A stretch of 63,694 nucleotides of DNA, counting the filler. It is 9 parts of 9 records of this genome, joined end to end, with 100 filler letters (N's around TTAATTAATTAA, not from the genome) between each part and the next. Parts side by side here need not be neighbours in the genome. Positions count along the whole stretch, not along the records: positions 44,075 to 56,612 come from SRR7504441_452; positions 56,713 to 60,241 come from SRR7504441_464; positions 60,342 to 63,694 come from SRR7504441_501; 6 more parts are not named here. One strand, given 5' to 3'. The notes beneath the pieces were generated by a model. It searched no databases. It was given only the letters and a program-made list of their open reading frames with translations, and was not told the origin of the DNA. A program made the translations under genes and the position numbers. This document shows, piece after piece, positions 51,661-63,694 of this stretch; the first letter of the stretch is position 1; every line of letters starts with the position of its first letter.

Positions 51661-51932
51661 GCCGAAGGAGACAGCCTCCGGCGGGTCTTCCCACTGATGC
51701 CAAGTCCAGCTACGGTGCTTGCAGCTGAGCAGTCCTGAGATTGGTCGTTGCACTGTCTGTGTGTTTCGTCAAGTCTCTGGGTGCCACCGCGAGCGGCGAG
51801 CGGCACCAGAAACTCAAACGGCAGCAGCTCAGCAACGCTCAGCTAGAGCTGCACAACCGCCCATACCAGCCGCCCTCCCTCCCCCCCCCCTACTAACACA
51901 CACCGCCTTGCGCCGCTCCTCCTCTTCGAGCC

Positions 51933-54900
51933 ATGGGCTGTACGCCATCGCGAGATTCGTCGAAGGAGAGTGGACAACTCCCGCGCCGGCGCGCGCCCGT
52001 CTGGTCCGTGGAATCGTCGACCCTCGGGAGCGACGAGAGCTGCGACCTGACAACCTCTTGGCGCGAAAATAGTAGACAGAGCGCTGACGTCTCTGGTCTG
52101 ATAACCAGTAGAACCGGAGGGCTGGATGGTGAAGAGCCAGCCGACGGAGACCTTGGGATTGGCGACTTCTGGCTGACAGCGCTCCCAATCAGCAGTGGTC
52201 GGTCCAACCCTAACAGGAAGATCGGGGAGTGGCCAGCAACCCGCGGGGGACTAATTTACCAGCAGGGGATTTGCATGCCGGGCGAAAGCCAGAAAGAAGT
52301 AGAGCTCACCTTCAGGCTGGATGGTCGGTTCACTCAGATGCAAAGCGAGCTTGCGCTAGGCGACCACGCATCAGACCAGCTGGCTGGAGTGACCTGTCTG
52401 GTGCGGGCGGACGGCCAGCCGCTCTGGCAATCACCGGCAATCACCGACAAGCAGCAGACCTACGAAACCGGGATGCTGGCCGTGTCTGGCGTGCAAGAGC
52501 TCACCCTGGTGGTGCTGGTGGACGGCCCGAAAGACCTGGGCGCCGGCGCCGATGTGATCTGGCTCTCGCCCCGGCTGTGTTCCGAGCAACCGGACTCCGA
52601 GCAGGAGTGGCTGACGAACGACCCTTCGTTCACAGTGGACAACTGCACCCGGCACAGCTCCACTCTGTGCGAGAATTCGGGCCCGGGCTCGATGGTTGGG
52701 CTGGCCACCAACACTGTGGATCAGAACAATCTGTCCTGCTGGTCGGCTGGCGAGGGCCACAGGAACCAGAGCTGGCTGATGTGGGACCTCGGGCACCAGG
52801 TGCAACGCGGAGCACACCAGCTGAGCCTGTGTGGCCAGGTGAGTCTATCGGGTTTCCGTTACTACACCCGGGGCCGGTGGCATCCGCCAAAGCGCTGCTA
52901 CATCGAGTGCTACCAGGTGCGAGCTCGTCAAGCTGGCAGCAGAAGCCTAACCCTAAATTGTCTAAGCGTGACAATTAAGTGTTACCAGACTGATACACTG
53001 ATCTGGCTGACTGGCAGGACGGTACCTGGAAGACCTGTTGCACTCACAGAGGGAGTGAAGCGGAGGGCTGGGAGCACCTGCTATTTGACGGGTGCCTTTC
53101 CTGCCAAACATTCCCAACACCGCTGCTGGCAGGCCTGCATGCGCCAGGTACTGGAAGTTCCATGTCTTGTCGACGTATGGCCGACGCGCACGAGTATACC
53201 AGGTTAGGGTTTGGTTGGGCTGTGTGAGGCCCCGGATTCAGGTGGGTTTCAAGCTCAGCCCTGAGTGCAGTGGGGAAGGGGACGAGTGTAACACTTTAGG
53301 ACGAGTGAGCACGAATTCGATGGTAAGTATTGAGTTGCCGAAGTATTCGGGCACTCTGAGCAAGAAGGGCGAGGACGTGGTTGGGATTTGGAGACATAGG
53401 CTGTTCGTCTTGAGACAAGGACAGATTGAGTACGGCGAACAGGCTGCCGGCGACCAAATTGTGAATCCAAAGTTTATTTTGCTCGATGGGATGACGGCTG
53501 AGTGGCTGAGCAATGATGACCACCAAGGGGAGAGCATCTTGCTTGGATCCGATGATCCAGACGTCGCGCCAGGCGATCGGGTGTACGAATTGCGGTGCGA
53601 TTCTCAGGTCGAGACTGCCATCTTATTCAGCAAGATTTATGCAACAATCGCCATGATGGCGGGGCAGAGCTACGTGTTGCCTGACCATGTGGCTTCACTG
53701 CTGATTGTGTCGGAGCACAACTGGATTACTGTGGACGACACTAGGAAGAAAAGGAAAAGAGAAGTTAGAGTACTCAGATCATCGCCTGTTGTTGCTTCGT
53801 CGGAGGACAGCTTCGACGCCAGCGGCGTGTTGGATGACCTGGACACCTTTCATTGGAAGAGCCAGTTTGCTCCTCATTATATTATATTCCAATTCTCAGA
53901 TGCAATTGAATTAAGCAAGATCAGATACTTGGCCCCAGATTTGGCTACGTGTCCATCCAGGTGTGAGCTCCAATTCTCTGATAATCCTGATGGGGTCTGG
54001 TCCACCGCCTCACAGTGGGCGGCACGCAAGGCATACGGATGGGTGCTTGCTGCTTTCGAGCCCAGGGCAGCACGTTATTGGAGACTGAATATATTGTCTA
54101 CTCATGGCAGCGGACAGGCCGAATTGATCAAAGTCGAATTCTTTGGGGCACTATGGGAACCATTTGACTTTGTTTCTGGAGAGGTCAGGAATGCCCCAGC
54201 TCCTGCTGCACCCAAGGAGGTGGAGTGGGGGAACAATGACGACGAGCGTGGGCCTTCGCTCGAGTTTCACATTCAAAGAGATGATGTGCAGTGTCCCTCT
54301 TCGGGTGCTGACCTCGAAGCAAGATATGGGAAATTGGAACTGAATGAAGAGGCCGAGCAAATCCGCAACGCGTTGCGAAACCGGATCCTCGCAGCTCGCA
54401 AAGACAGGCATGTGATGACAAACAATCTCTCAGTGGTCGTGCTGCCTGACCCTCGTGCTACAAGGATTTGGGTGCGAGCATTTCCAGTGGGTCACTTTGT
54501 GGAATCTCCACACGTCTGCTTGTTTGAGCCTCAGTTTGATGATGTGTTGGCAGCAATCGCTGATGAGGTCGAAGTAGATCTTATTTTTATGGTATCGCAC
54601 GATGCTAAACATATGGAGCGGGTGGGCCAAATGGTGAGGGATCTTTCGAAACGTCATACCACTGTAAAGTTCAACATGGTTGTCACGCCGCCCTTGAGAG
54701 TTCATGGGGCAGGTCCACTACAGCATGCGCTTGGTGATGTTGTCAGTATGAACAGAGCGAAAATAGTAGACGCTTCTCTCGGTTTCATACCGATTATGGA
54801 AGATGTGTACTCTCTCGAGATCCCTGCAGCTCTCCTAGATGAACACATAGAGGGAAAACATTCCCATAGTACAGCCTTTCCCACCTTTGTAGTGGCGCTT

Positions 54901-56407
54901 CAGAATTATGTCAGAGATAGCCAACGAGGCGCAGTGGGCTGTGTAAGGCTCAAGGGCGACTTTGTTGCCAATTTATTCAGTCAGATTCCAGAGTGGCAGG
55001 CGGCATCCGACGGCCAGGACGGGGGAGCAGCGATTGTTGTTGGAATGGACCGGGGGTTCGACCTCATGAGTGTCTTAATGCCACACGACTCATTTGCTTC
55101 CATGGTCATAGAGGGCTTTGGGGATGACTGGCAAGTTGCACCTGCCAGATTGTTAGATGGCACTGCCGAGGGGCTGGTCGAGGAGCTTGATCCGCAGCAA
55201 TGTCTCGCAGAACTCAAGAAAATCTCGCTGTGGGATGAGTGTTGGGTCAAGCTTCAAGATGTAACCTTTGGACCTGAACTCTATGAAGCAGCCAACGTAC
55301 TCGAGTATGAACGAAATTTCAGGCATGCTCAAGAGCTTGGGCGCAAAGCAGAAAGGACACGAGAGATGGAGGATATCCGGGCTGCATCTGATGCCTTCAA
55401 AAATTTCAAGCATGCTACACCGTATGCCAAGACCTGGGCCCTGCTTTATAGACAACTTGGCCAAGCTGCAACACTAAAAAGGTCCAAACCCCTGGGGCCA
55501 GCGAAGTTCCAACTGCATTCCAAGCATCAGATGATAGCATGGATACGGGACGTAGTGTGCGACCAACGGTACTATGTTCACAACCCAAGTGAAGCCATAG
55601 AGTTCCTATACGAATGCATTGAGGTGAAAATGCGACTGCGGATGGTACTCCGGTTGATTTTGCTCTACGAGCTCACGTCGGAGAGCGGCATCGCATCAAC
55701 TCACGTGGTATCTATTATTTTTATTGCAATTCAACTGTGCTCTGTGATCATTTCTTCTGGTGGCAGGAACAACTGAAGAAAAGAATTCAACGGACATATG
55801 GCCGAAAGTATATGTACCAACTTGTGGTGATGCTAGAGATACTTCGCAGTGGGAGTCGGCCGCGTTGTTTCGCTTCAGTTGCTCAGAAGTTCCACCTCTT
55901 TCCTCACCGAGGTCGCCACAAGTTTGTTCCTCTTTGTGTCCGGCTGCTCCAGGTGACCTTCATTCACATGCGAGTCATCCGCATTCAAGTACTAACATGT
56001 GACTGGGGACAGTTGGCAATTGAGTGCATCTCTTTTGAAGGCCGGGTGGTGAATCGATGGCTGACACCACAAGTCCACAAGAATTTACAAAGCTCTGCAG
56101 AGCTGCTACCTGGCCGCATCATCACCCGAGGGGACACTAGAGCGCTCAGGCCTGGTGCTCCAGTGATATTGCTGCTTCCGGGAGGCTGCACCTTCAACGA
56201 AATCAACCAGGTACTCAAGCTCAGCTTACCTTGTTGCATTCCTACTTGCTCATTCCCACTCTCATTGTTATCCAACCCCCTATTCATTCCACTTGTTTAT
56301 CTGCTATGCAGGCCAAAGAAGCGGCTGCAAGGATGGGTCGAAAGCTTACTATTTTGACCTCAAGATTGTTCGGTGGTGATGTTTTCATCGATAGCTATGA
56401 ACTTTAG
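51933..56407 (+). CDS. MGCxxS-acylated NPCBM + F5/8C + PH + F5/8C + Sec1/Vps33-like fusion protein (multi-exon)
   Basis: NPCBM (LTFRLDGRFTQMQSELALGD...ADGQPLWQSP..VSGVQELTLVV..VIWLSPRL), two discoidin domains (WLMWDLG..ARYWKFHV; YIIFQF..ARYWRLNI), PH (YSGTLSKKGE..IWRHRLFVL) and a Vps33-like part (FIPIMEDVYSLE, MDRGFDLMSVL, VLRLILL, RTYG, FVPLCVRLLQ, LPGGCTFNEI). The last intron is 56211-56311 and the stop ends at 56407. Confidence 0.72.
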
Positions 56408-56612
56408 CAATATATTTAGCAATAAAAATGATACTGTACTACTATATAGTACATGCAGTGTAGCTGGACCACCCTACACTAATCTAACCTTACACTGACA
56501 ATTTTCAGTACAGTGTGCATATACTAATAAATTACCGTACTGTACAGTACACCCCGCCGCCGGGACTGAATGACTTGTTATACTAGCACCTTAGGGACGT
56601 ACGTGGAGAACT

Positions 56613-56712
56613 NNNNNNNNNNNNNNNNNNNNNNNNNNNNNNNNNNNNNNNNNNNNTTAATTAATTAANNNNNNNNNNNNNNNNNNNNNNNNNNNNNNNN
56701 NNNNNNNNNNNN
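56613..56712. other. Artificial contig spacer
   Basis: N44-TTAATTAATTAA-N44. Confidence 0.98.
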
Positions 56713-58132
56713 GTCGCCTGAGCCGTACATGTCGCCCGAGCCAGCAGTGAAGTCAAAGGGTGCAGAGCCAGACGGAGTGCCGCCGCTATGACCATTGGTG
56801 AAGTCTTCCGCGCACGAGCGGACAGAATAGAGGTTCCACTCTTGGTGCGAAGTGGCCATAGAAGGATCTGCACACGCCCTGCAGCCCCAGTTGTTCTGGC
56901 CAGGAGAGTAACTTGGTGCGAACATGATAATCGAGTAGTCATCGGCTGCCGCCAGCTTGCCGCAGGTCTGCGCATCAGGCTGCGTTCCGTAGTTCGTACC
57001 TTGAGCAGCCCCCTCGCAGCTGTAACCCTCCTTGAACATGTTGCCGCAGTTCCCGTTGACTGGGACTGTTTCTGGAGCTGGCGCAATCGGCCCTGGGACT
57101 GGCTCGATCGGAGCTATGGTGTCGAAGGACGGTGGTGCAGTGGGTTCCCCGGTTGGTGCAGCGCAAGCCTCATCAGCAGCATCTGGATTGATGTAAGGCG
57201 TGGTCACTGCTGGGCACGGTCCCGGGTGGCAGTTTTCATAGGTGATCTTCTCTGTCACACAGATCATGCTGTGCGCTTGGGTCCAGGCCTCCTGGTCTGG
57301 AGCATGCGCTGCAGACGCCGCCGCGTTGGCCGATGCATGCTGCCTCTGGACACGGCACTTGCACTCGTGTGCGAGCTGGGCGGCCGTGGCGATGGCAATT
57401 TCGAGAGCCTTGGCGGCAGAATCGGCCTCGGCGCACTCTTCTTTCTCAGATGTGATAGCAGCAGTGTGGCGGTCTTGAGCAGCCTTGAAAGCACCATCCT
57501 CCTGCAAAAATCTATCAGTCGACAGAACCCGGCGAGGGCAGCCACCTGGATCCAGGCGCAGGTTTCTCCCGCCAGAGTCTTGTACGGCATTGGAGAGAGA
57601 ACGACAAGCGCGTCGAAGGCGTTGGCGAGCTCAGTCTTGGCGTCGGTGCACTCCTGGTCCTGTTTGTTCTTGTCGTCGGTCGCGATTTTGACTTCAGACT
57701 CGCCCAGGTCCTCGCAGTCGTCGCCGTTTTCGAGCAGGTTGAGCATGTCCTGGGTGGCATTGACGTTGTCCGTAATCTCCTTGATCGTGTTCTCGCCGAG
57801 CTCCTTACACTTGCCGAGGTCCGCGCCTGTTCGCCCAAGCATGACAACCCAGCGGCCCAATGCGTTTGTTCACCTGTCTGAAGGAGGTTCTTCACCTTGT
57901 CTTGGGCGGCTGTGAACGCCTTATGGCCTTCCCCGGCCAGGGTAGTCTGCCGGCGGAGTCACACCGGGGGCCCCCTCGGGGGAGCAGTTCGCACCTCGGG
58001 CACGATCGCATCGGCCGGGTGGGAGGAGTGGTGCCGGCCGGCGGAGACCGCGATAGCGAAAAGCGTTATGCCGATGATGACCTGCCGCCGTCCCCGCTCC
58101 AAGCTTGCCCGGGCCCCCGGGCGCACCCGCAT
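56713..58132 (-). CDS. Secreted Cys-containing helical protein with PTGEPT linker and GSG repeats (3' truncated)
   Basis: After removing a 45-nt intron the N-terminus reads MRVIIGITLFAIAVSA-GRHHSSHPADAIVPE (signal peptide). Later exons contain CKELGENTIKEI, ECKCRV, PTGEPTAPP, a PAN-like Cys module and GSGDMYGSGD. Confidence 0.6.
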
Positions 58133-58253
58133 GCTGGTGCTGCTGCTTCAGCCGATATTTTACGCACGGCTCGCGCGTCCGTAAGAGGCAGTCGTGACAC
58201 TATTGGCTGCCGCCCGAGACGGCCGAGCACGGCGCCCGGAGGTTTGGAGGTCC

Positions 58254-58964
58254 ATGAGGCCGCCCTGGGCGCTCGGCTGGCTGTGCTGGCTGGCCGTGGG
58301 GCTAGCGGCCGCCCAGGGCCACTCCCCGGGGCTCGAGGCGGACATCGTCCTCAAGGAGCGGCCGGCCAGACGGCTGGACTGGCCGACGGCCGATTTGGTC
58401 CAAGTAGAAGACACGGCTGTCCAGTTGGCCCAAAAATACGCGGACGCCACGGCGGATGTCCCATCGGCGTCTACGTCTGAGCCGACTGGCGAGCCCACGT
58501 TGGAGCCGACTGGCGAGCCCACGGCTGAGCCGACTGGCGAGCCCACGTCTGAGCCGACGCGGGAGCAGACGGCACTCAAGCTCCCCGCGTCGCAGTCGCC
58601 GTGCCATCGACTGTACCGGCGGTGCCAGGAGCTGCATCTAGGGACCGCCTGCTGCCACAGGATATTCCCCATTACGGTGGAATGGGACGACAACCCCTGG
58701 ACTTACGCCAAGGACTCGATAGAAGCGGAGAAATCGATCGAATACAAAGAACCGCTGCTCAAGCGGTGCAGTGACACCTTCCTGGAATGTCTGGAGCCAG
58801 CGCTTGACAACCCAATGGGCTCGCAGGCCCAGAAAATCTTTCATTGCTCCGGGGTCGCGGGCACGGGTGGGGACGAGGCGGATCAAGAGGCGTGCAGGAG
58901 GGAAATAGAAAGGGTCGCATTCCCAGAGGCTCAGCCAGAGCCTTCGGGCGATATGAAGATCTAG
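58254..58964 (+). CDS. Secreted protein with (EPTG) repeats and C-terminal Cys-rich domain
   Basis: Signal peptide MRPPWALGWLCWLAVGLAAA, then SEPTGEPTLEPTGEPTAEPTGEPTSEPT and several Cys pairs. Confidence 0.65.
   Translation: MRPPWALGWLCWLAVGLAAAQGHSPGLEADIVLKERPARRLDWPTADLVQVEDTAVQLAQKYADATADVPSASTSEPTGEPTLEPTGEPTAEPTGEPTSEPTREQTALKLPASQSPCHRLYRRCQELHLGTACCHRIFPITVEWDDNPWTYAKDSIEAEKSIEYKEPLLKRCSDTFLECLEPALDNPMGSQAQKIFHCSGVAGTGGDEADQEACRREIERVAFPEAQPEPSGDMKI
58479..58558 (+). repeat. Coding 24-bp tandem repeat (GAGCCGACTGGCGAGCCCACGxxx)
   Basis: Three and a half units encode EPTGEPTx. Confidence 0.85.
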
Positions 58965-59124
58965 TATAGGGCGTTCATCTTATATTAAGATATAACACTA
59001 AATCATAATATTAAGCACACAGAGGTTTTGATACAATGTCATAATTATTGTATTGCACCGAGCGAGTCGACACAACTGTGTGACGTCATTATTAATACTA
59101 GCTCCACGTATGCGCATTTGAGTC

Positions 59125-60149
59125 TCAGCTGGCGCCTCTCATCTTGGCGAGCTCCCTCATGAAGCCCTCGTCCTGCTCATCGGCCGCATCCATGTACCAG
59201 CCCGTCACAGCAAACCGCTTGCCCGCAACCGCGGCCGCCTTCTCCACCCGCGTCACCTGCCCCTCCGTTCGGATATTGATAATAAGCGGATCTTATCAAA
59301 CGGTGCCTGGTGTGGCAGCCTGGGCCCGCCTCGGGTTCGGAAGAGCAACAGCCTGTTGAATCGCGGCACAAACTCCTTGCACTCGACCCCGGCCGGGCAC
59401 ATCCGAAGCAGCCCGCCCTGGCCCACAAATCAGCCCAGCGCGGCCGGCTGATCACATCATCCGGTCGCCAGTCCCTGGCGAAGTTGAGCACGAACGCTAT
59501 TGAGCCCGAATACCCGTCCTGATGCACAGACAGAAAGTCCCCGCGATCAAAGCAGCTCACGAACAGGTCCGATATCCCCACCAGCCGCGTCTTGAGCGCC
59601 GATTGCACCGCGGGTTGGTAACGGACCATCAGCTCCCGGATCTGACCGACCATCCCCGCAGTCCGGTTCAGCTCCCATTTGGAGTACGCAAACGTGTTTG
59701 GGTCGCGCGCCACCGCCGCACTCACCTGGCCCAGCTGGCCTCTCCCCCTGGGGGCTGCCACCTGAGCCCGGCGGGTGGCCATGTCCTCACGAGAACGGAT
59801 CTTCTGGTTTGTGCCCGGGACGTTGGTGGTGTAAAGCCACTCTGGGCCGTCCCAACCGCCGGCCAGCGCACTGGCCCCGCCCCTCCAGCCGGCACGGCCG
59901 GCCCGGGCGCCTGTGGAGCTGGTCGGCGAGCTCGGGCACCAGGAACCCGTCGATCGCAACCACTGGCACGTCGCCCACCATCTGTCGCGACAGCTGCCAG
60001 TGGGCCGGCAATGCCGGCGCGGAGCGGGCCGGGAGCGGCCGCAATGGCAACTCATCGTCCACCGCCGGCGGGGACGGGGCGGGGCGGCCCGCCCACCACC
60101 CCGCCAGACAGCACCCAGCTGCGGCCAGCCACCAGCCGGCAGACACCAT
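59125..60149 (-). CDS. Prolyl-hydroxylase-like (OGFOD1/2OG-FeII_Oxy_3-type) oxygenase with signal peptide
   Basis: Introns 59871-59910 (GC-AG), about 59726-59761, about 59418-59455 and 59257-59306 (GC-AG). Motifs are GDFLSVHQD, IAFVLNFARDW..DDGGLL, PRFNRLLLF, PHQVTRV and RFAVTGWY. Confidence 0.78.
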
Positions 60150-60241
60150 GCCCGGTGCGAACAACGGAACGGGGCGGCTTGGGCCTACAGTATCCGTCTA
60201 AGTCGATTTGTGAGGACCTTTCTAAAATGCGTCTAAGCGAG

Positions 60242-60341
60242 NNNNNNNNNNNNNNNNNNNNNNNNNNNNNNNNNNNNNNNNNNNNTTAATTAATTAANNN
60301 NNNNNNNNNNNNNNNNNNNNNNNNNNNNNNNNNNNNNNNNN
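60242..60341. other. Artificial contig spacer
   Basis: N44-TTAATTAATTAA-N44. Confidence 0.98.
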
Positions 60342-63300
60342 TGAGCACTAGATGGTGCTGGCTGGACGGGGGCGCTGATTAGCAGCTCTCGAGGATCACA
60401 GCTCTGCTGTTCTTTCAGCTCAAGGTAGCGGACTGCTTCTGGAAGATTTGCAGCAGCCTGCTTGAGATACTGCTCAGCAGCCAAACCGGTCTCAAGCTCC
60501 TCTTCACTCCCAAAGAGATTAGGGTATTGCACTGGATCTGCAAGTGCTTGGGCTGCTTTCTCGTTGACTGATCTGAGCTGTTCAGCCCACAGCTGTTGCA
60601 CTGAGCCCATCCGGGAGGGTAGGTACGTCCGTGCAAACAATGCTGCTTCAGAGATGCGATCGGATGCAATGAGTAAATCTAGGCACTCGTCGAGTTTAGA
60701 CGTCAGGAATAGTGACACAAACTTGACATTGGTATCCTCCTCAGCAGCTGAAGACAATCTGGTCATACCTTCCGCGTTACCTGTAGTGCTGTGCAGCAGC
60801 AGCAGTCCTGACATGTCGCCACTCGCTTCCATGCAGTGCTCAGCCTGCCGCCAAGCACCGTTGAGTACAGATACAGACAGTACTAAACTAGTAATAAGGC
60901 CAACTGTGCCAGGGATCTCAGACATACATTCGTCAGTTACCAGCTCAAGGTCGTAGGAGCTGAGTGCCAGCTCTCCCAGCTGCTGCCATTTGGAATCCTC
61001 CCCTGCTTCAGCTGCAATGGACTGGGCGATAGCAAGATCTTGCATTGCGACCGCCAGCTCAAAACGGTGGTCAATGTCCTTTGCCAACGAGAGCGCCTGC
61101 TCTACATGGCCTTGGCTCTCTAGGAACCGGGCAAGTCGGTCGTGATGCTCAGCTGGGACGTTGGGCAGGTGCTCGGTGAATGCCTGGCAGCCACACTCTC
61201 TCAATCGACTCACATTCTCAGCCAATGACTATTGACTGACCTCCTCCAGCTCCTCACGGAGCACGGCTGTTTGAAACTCAACAACAGAGAGTAGCAGCGT
61301 GAAGCTGACAATCGAGTGTTCCTTGTCGATCAGATAGAGTCTGTTCTGGGCGGGAATGTAGCCCAGCAGGAACATTGGGCGCTCGAGGTGAGCAATTGTG
61401 ACCACTTCCTTTCCTACAAGATGGTTGAGTCTCCCGATCCCGCTGGTGTAGATGAACGAGTCCCCCACCCACTGCGCGGTCATCACCTTCTCAGGAATCT
61501 CGTGCAGCACCTGCAAACCGACCATGGTCGATTAGATTGCTATCTGCCTCCTGCACACACCTCAAAGGCGTCCTCCACACCGTCAGTGGTTGATCCATTG
61601 TTTGCAAAGTGCGCCGTCACGGCCTCCAGGTTGTACTTGAGCACATAGAATGTGTTCTCGCAGGCCACTGCGGCGAAGTCGCCATTGTCGGACCAGTAGA
61701 TATTGTTGGGGATGATCTCATCCAGGCAGCAGATCAGCGCATTCTGACCCCGTGATCAGCCTGGCAACTGACCAGCCAATCGGCTACCTGATCCCAGTCG
61801 TAGAATGTCAGCGAGTCGCGAGCTCTCACACCAATCAGCGCGCCACCAAACAGCTTGTCAGCAGTAGCATGCGGCTGGAACTCTGTCCGCTCGCTGAAAT
61901 TCTTACTGAAAATCCGAATTGTGCCATTCACTTGCTGAATTGCATACTCGCCCTCGGGCGACCAGGCAAACCCTATCGCCTGGCCGTAAGCTTTGTTCCT
62001 CCAGGCTAGAGCTGTGTAAATCGTGTATTCGCCATCTCCGCATACAGCCACAAAGCGGCCTGTCACACAATGTTTCAGCAGCTAGCCCCAGGGTCGCTAT
62101 GATGTTGTAATACCGTTGCTGTTGTGGCTCAAAGTGCCAATATACACATTGTCACAGGTGCCAAGCTCCTTGGTAGAGAGCATGAGCCGCTCGCCATCAA
62201 CAATCTCGCCGCCAGAGCCCTGCTTGATGTTGACGGTCTGCACTTCATTGCCACTCGCCCAGATGATCTTACCGCTGTGGTCCATGCTAGCTACTGGCAT
62301 GTCACCACCCATCTTGATCACCACACACCCATTGTCAAAACCCAGCTGCAGAAACACAGCACAACTCAGCTCCGTTTCTTGACATTATTAATCTATTGGC
62401 GAGGCCCATTGAGCCTGTTCATCACAGGCTATTTGCCCATTAGGCAGGCAGTAGGGAATTCGCTCATTCCGAGTTGGCCAGGCACGCTCACCGCGACTCC
62501 GTTGAATCCTTTCATCACGGCCACGGTCCACACGCGCTCCATGTTGTAGTTTGTCGAGTTTTCGAGCTTGTAGGTCGAGCTATTCCACAGCCGCATGTAC
62601 CCGTCCTCTGAGCCCGTCACCACCATCGGCATCTGATCCGCCGCGGTCAGTCGCTCGCGGACAAGGAAGGCAGCTTATATTCTGTTATGAAGGCTAGTCC
62701 GCTTACCTCCGGATGGAACGCCACCGCCGAAACGTTGTTGGTGTGGCCTTCAAGCGTGGCCACACACTTTTTGGTCTGGTAGTCCCAGATCTGCCCCGGT
62801 GCCGGTCACAACTCTGTCGGCCGTGGCTCACCTTGGCTGTCCGGTCATCGGCCCCCGACACCAGAAATGGCCGGTCGCCCCCCATGTAGAATGCGACGCA
62901 GTTGACACCTTTGGTGTGGCCTGCGCCCACCCACTCGGCCCCTGCGGCTCCACTGCGGCGCACCTTCGAGTGTAAAGTGCGCGGTTGCAGAGCCGAGCCC
63001 CCAGATCTTGACTGTGGTGTCAAGCGAAGCCGAGGCAAAGGTGTTGGTGTCTGCCGGCCACTCAAGCACGCCCAGACTGGCGGCACCTTTCGGGTTGAAA
63101 ACCACCATCATCACGTAGTGCGAGTGCCCCTCAAACAGCTGGGTGTTGCTCCAGCCCTGCGCGCGCTGGACAGCTGCCGGCTGGGGCTAGTACCTGGTCC
63201 CAGTCCCACAGCTTGATGCTCATGTCGTCCGAGGACGAGATCAAATACGGAAGCGTGGGGTGGATGTCGAGCGACCGAATGTAATCCTGATGCGCCTGCA

Positions 63301-63694
63301 AGCACCAGCTCGGCCCGGCCCAGCGGCACGACGACCTCGAACGCTTTGATCTTCTCTGCGGTGTTGTAGTTGTAAATGTAGACGAACATGTCGTCGGACC
63401 CGGCCGCGAACCATTGCTTCCGGGCGATGTATTTGATGAACCTGCCGCCGGCAAGGTGAGCCGGGCCTGGCTGGATGCGGTTGGGACCGGACTGGGTGGT
63501 CCGACACCTCAAACTGCTTGACCACCTCCTGCGAGTCGTAGTTCCAAGTCCACACTTGCCCGCTGTCGACACCGCACCAGCTGAGCCGCACAGCCGACCC
63601 CGGGGCCGGGCCACCTGTACAGCCCGCCGAGCACCCAGGGCTCGGTCGGGTGAAGGTCCAGGCTCTTCACCCGCTCGGACTTGGCCACCAGCTT
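60342..63694 (-). CDS. COPB2: Coatomer subunit beta' (WD40), many short introns; both ends outside the contig/window
   Basis: Motifs [98 protein letters not shown] and [12 protein letters not shown]. Confidence 0.96.

Overview
This window is eukaryotic (protist-like) nuclear DNA, not prokaryotic. It consists of nine contigs joined by artificial 100-bp spacers (N44-TTAATTAATTAA-N44): 1-12166, 12267-19573, 19674-28082, 28183-31244, 31345-35046, 35147-43974, 44075-56612, 56713-60241 and 60342-63694. Gene neighbourhood is therefore meaningful only within a contig. The genome is very compact, with many head-to-head gene pairs 50-270 bp apart. Genes are broken by many tiny introns (mostly 35-50 nt, mode about 38-42) that are G/C-rich, lack a polypyrimidine tract and often use GC donors, so the ORF track fragments most genes. 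Splicing by hand gives about 26 genes. Recognisable ones are a lactonase, NUP188, cullin-4, PCD, argininosuccinate synthase, GPN3, nitronate monooxygenase, a sulfotransferase, COPB2, three 2OG-Fe(II) oxygenases, a tyrosinase and an FBF1-like coiled coil. Highlights: (1) a GILT-family thiol reductase that the ORF track truncates because it has an in-frame UGA in a UxxC active site, with a textbook type-II SECIS in its 3' UTR, i.e. a selenoprotein; (2) a divergent pair of N-acylation-motif (MGC...) giant proteins, namely an RNF213/mysterin-like AAA+ protein with a WW domain and an NPCBM-F5/8C-PH-F5/8C-Vps33-like fusion; (3) an intron-containing fusion of bacterial-type MocD desaturase-like oxygenase and MocE Rieske ferredoxin. 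All calls come from reading the sequence and recalled family motifs. No database search was run, and the taxon cannot be assigned from this window.
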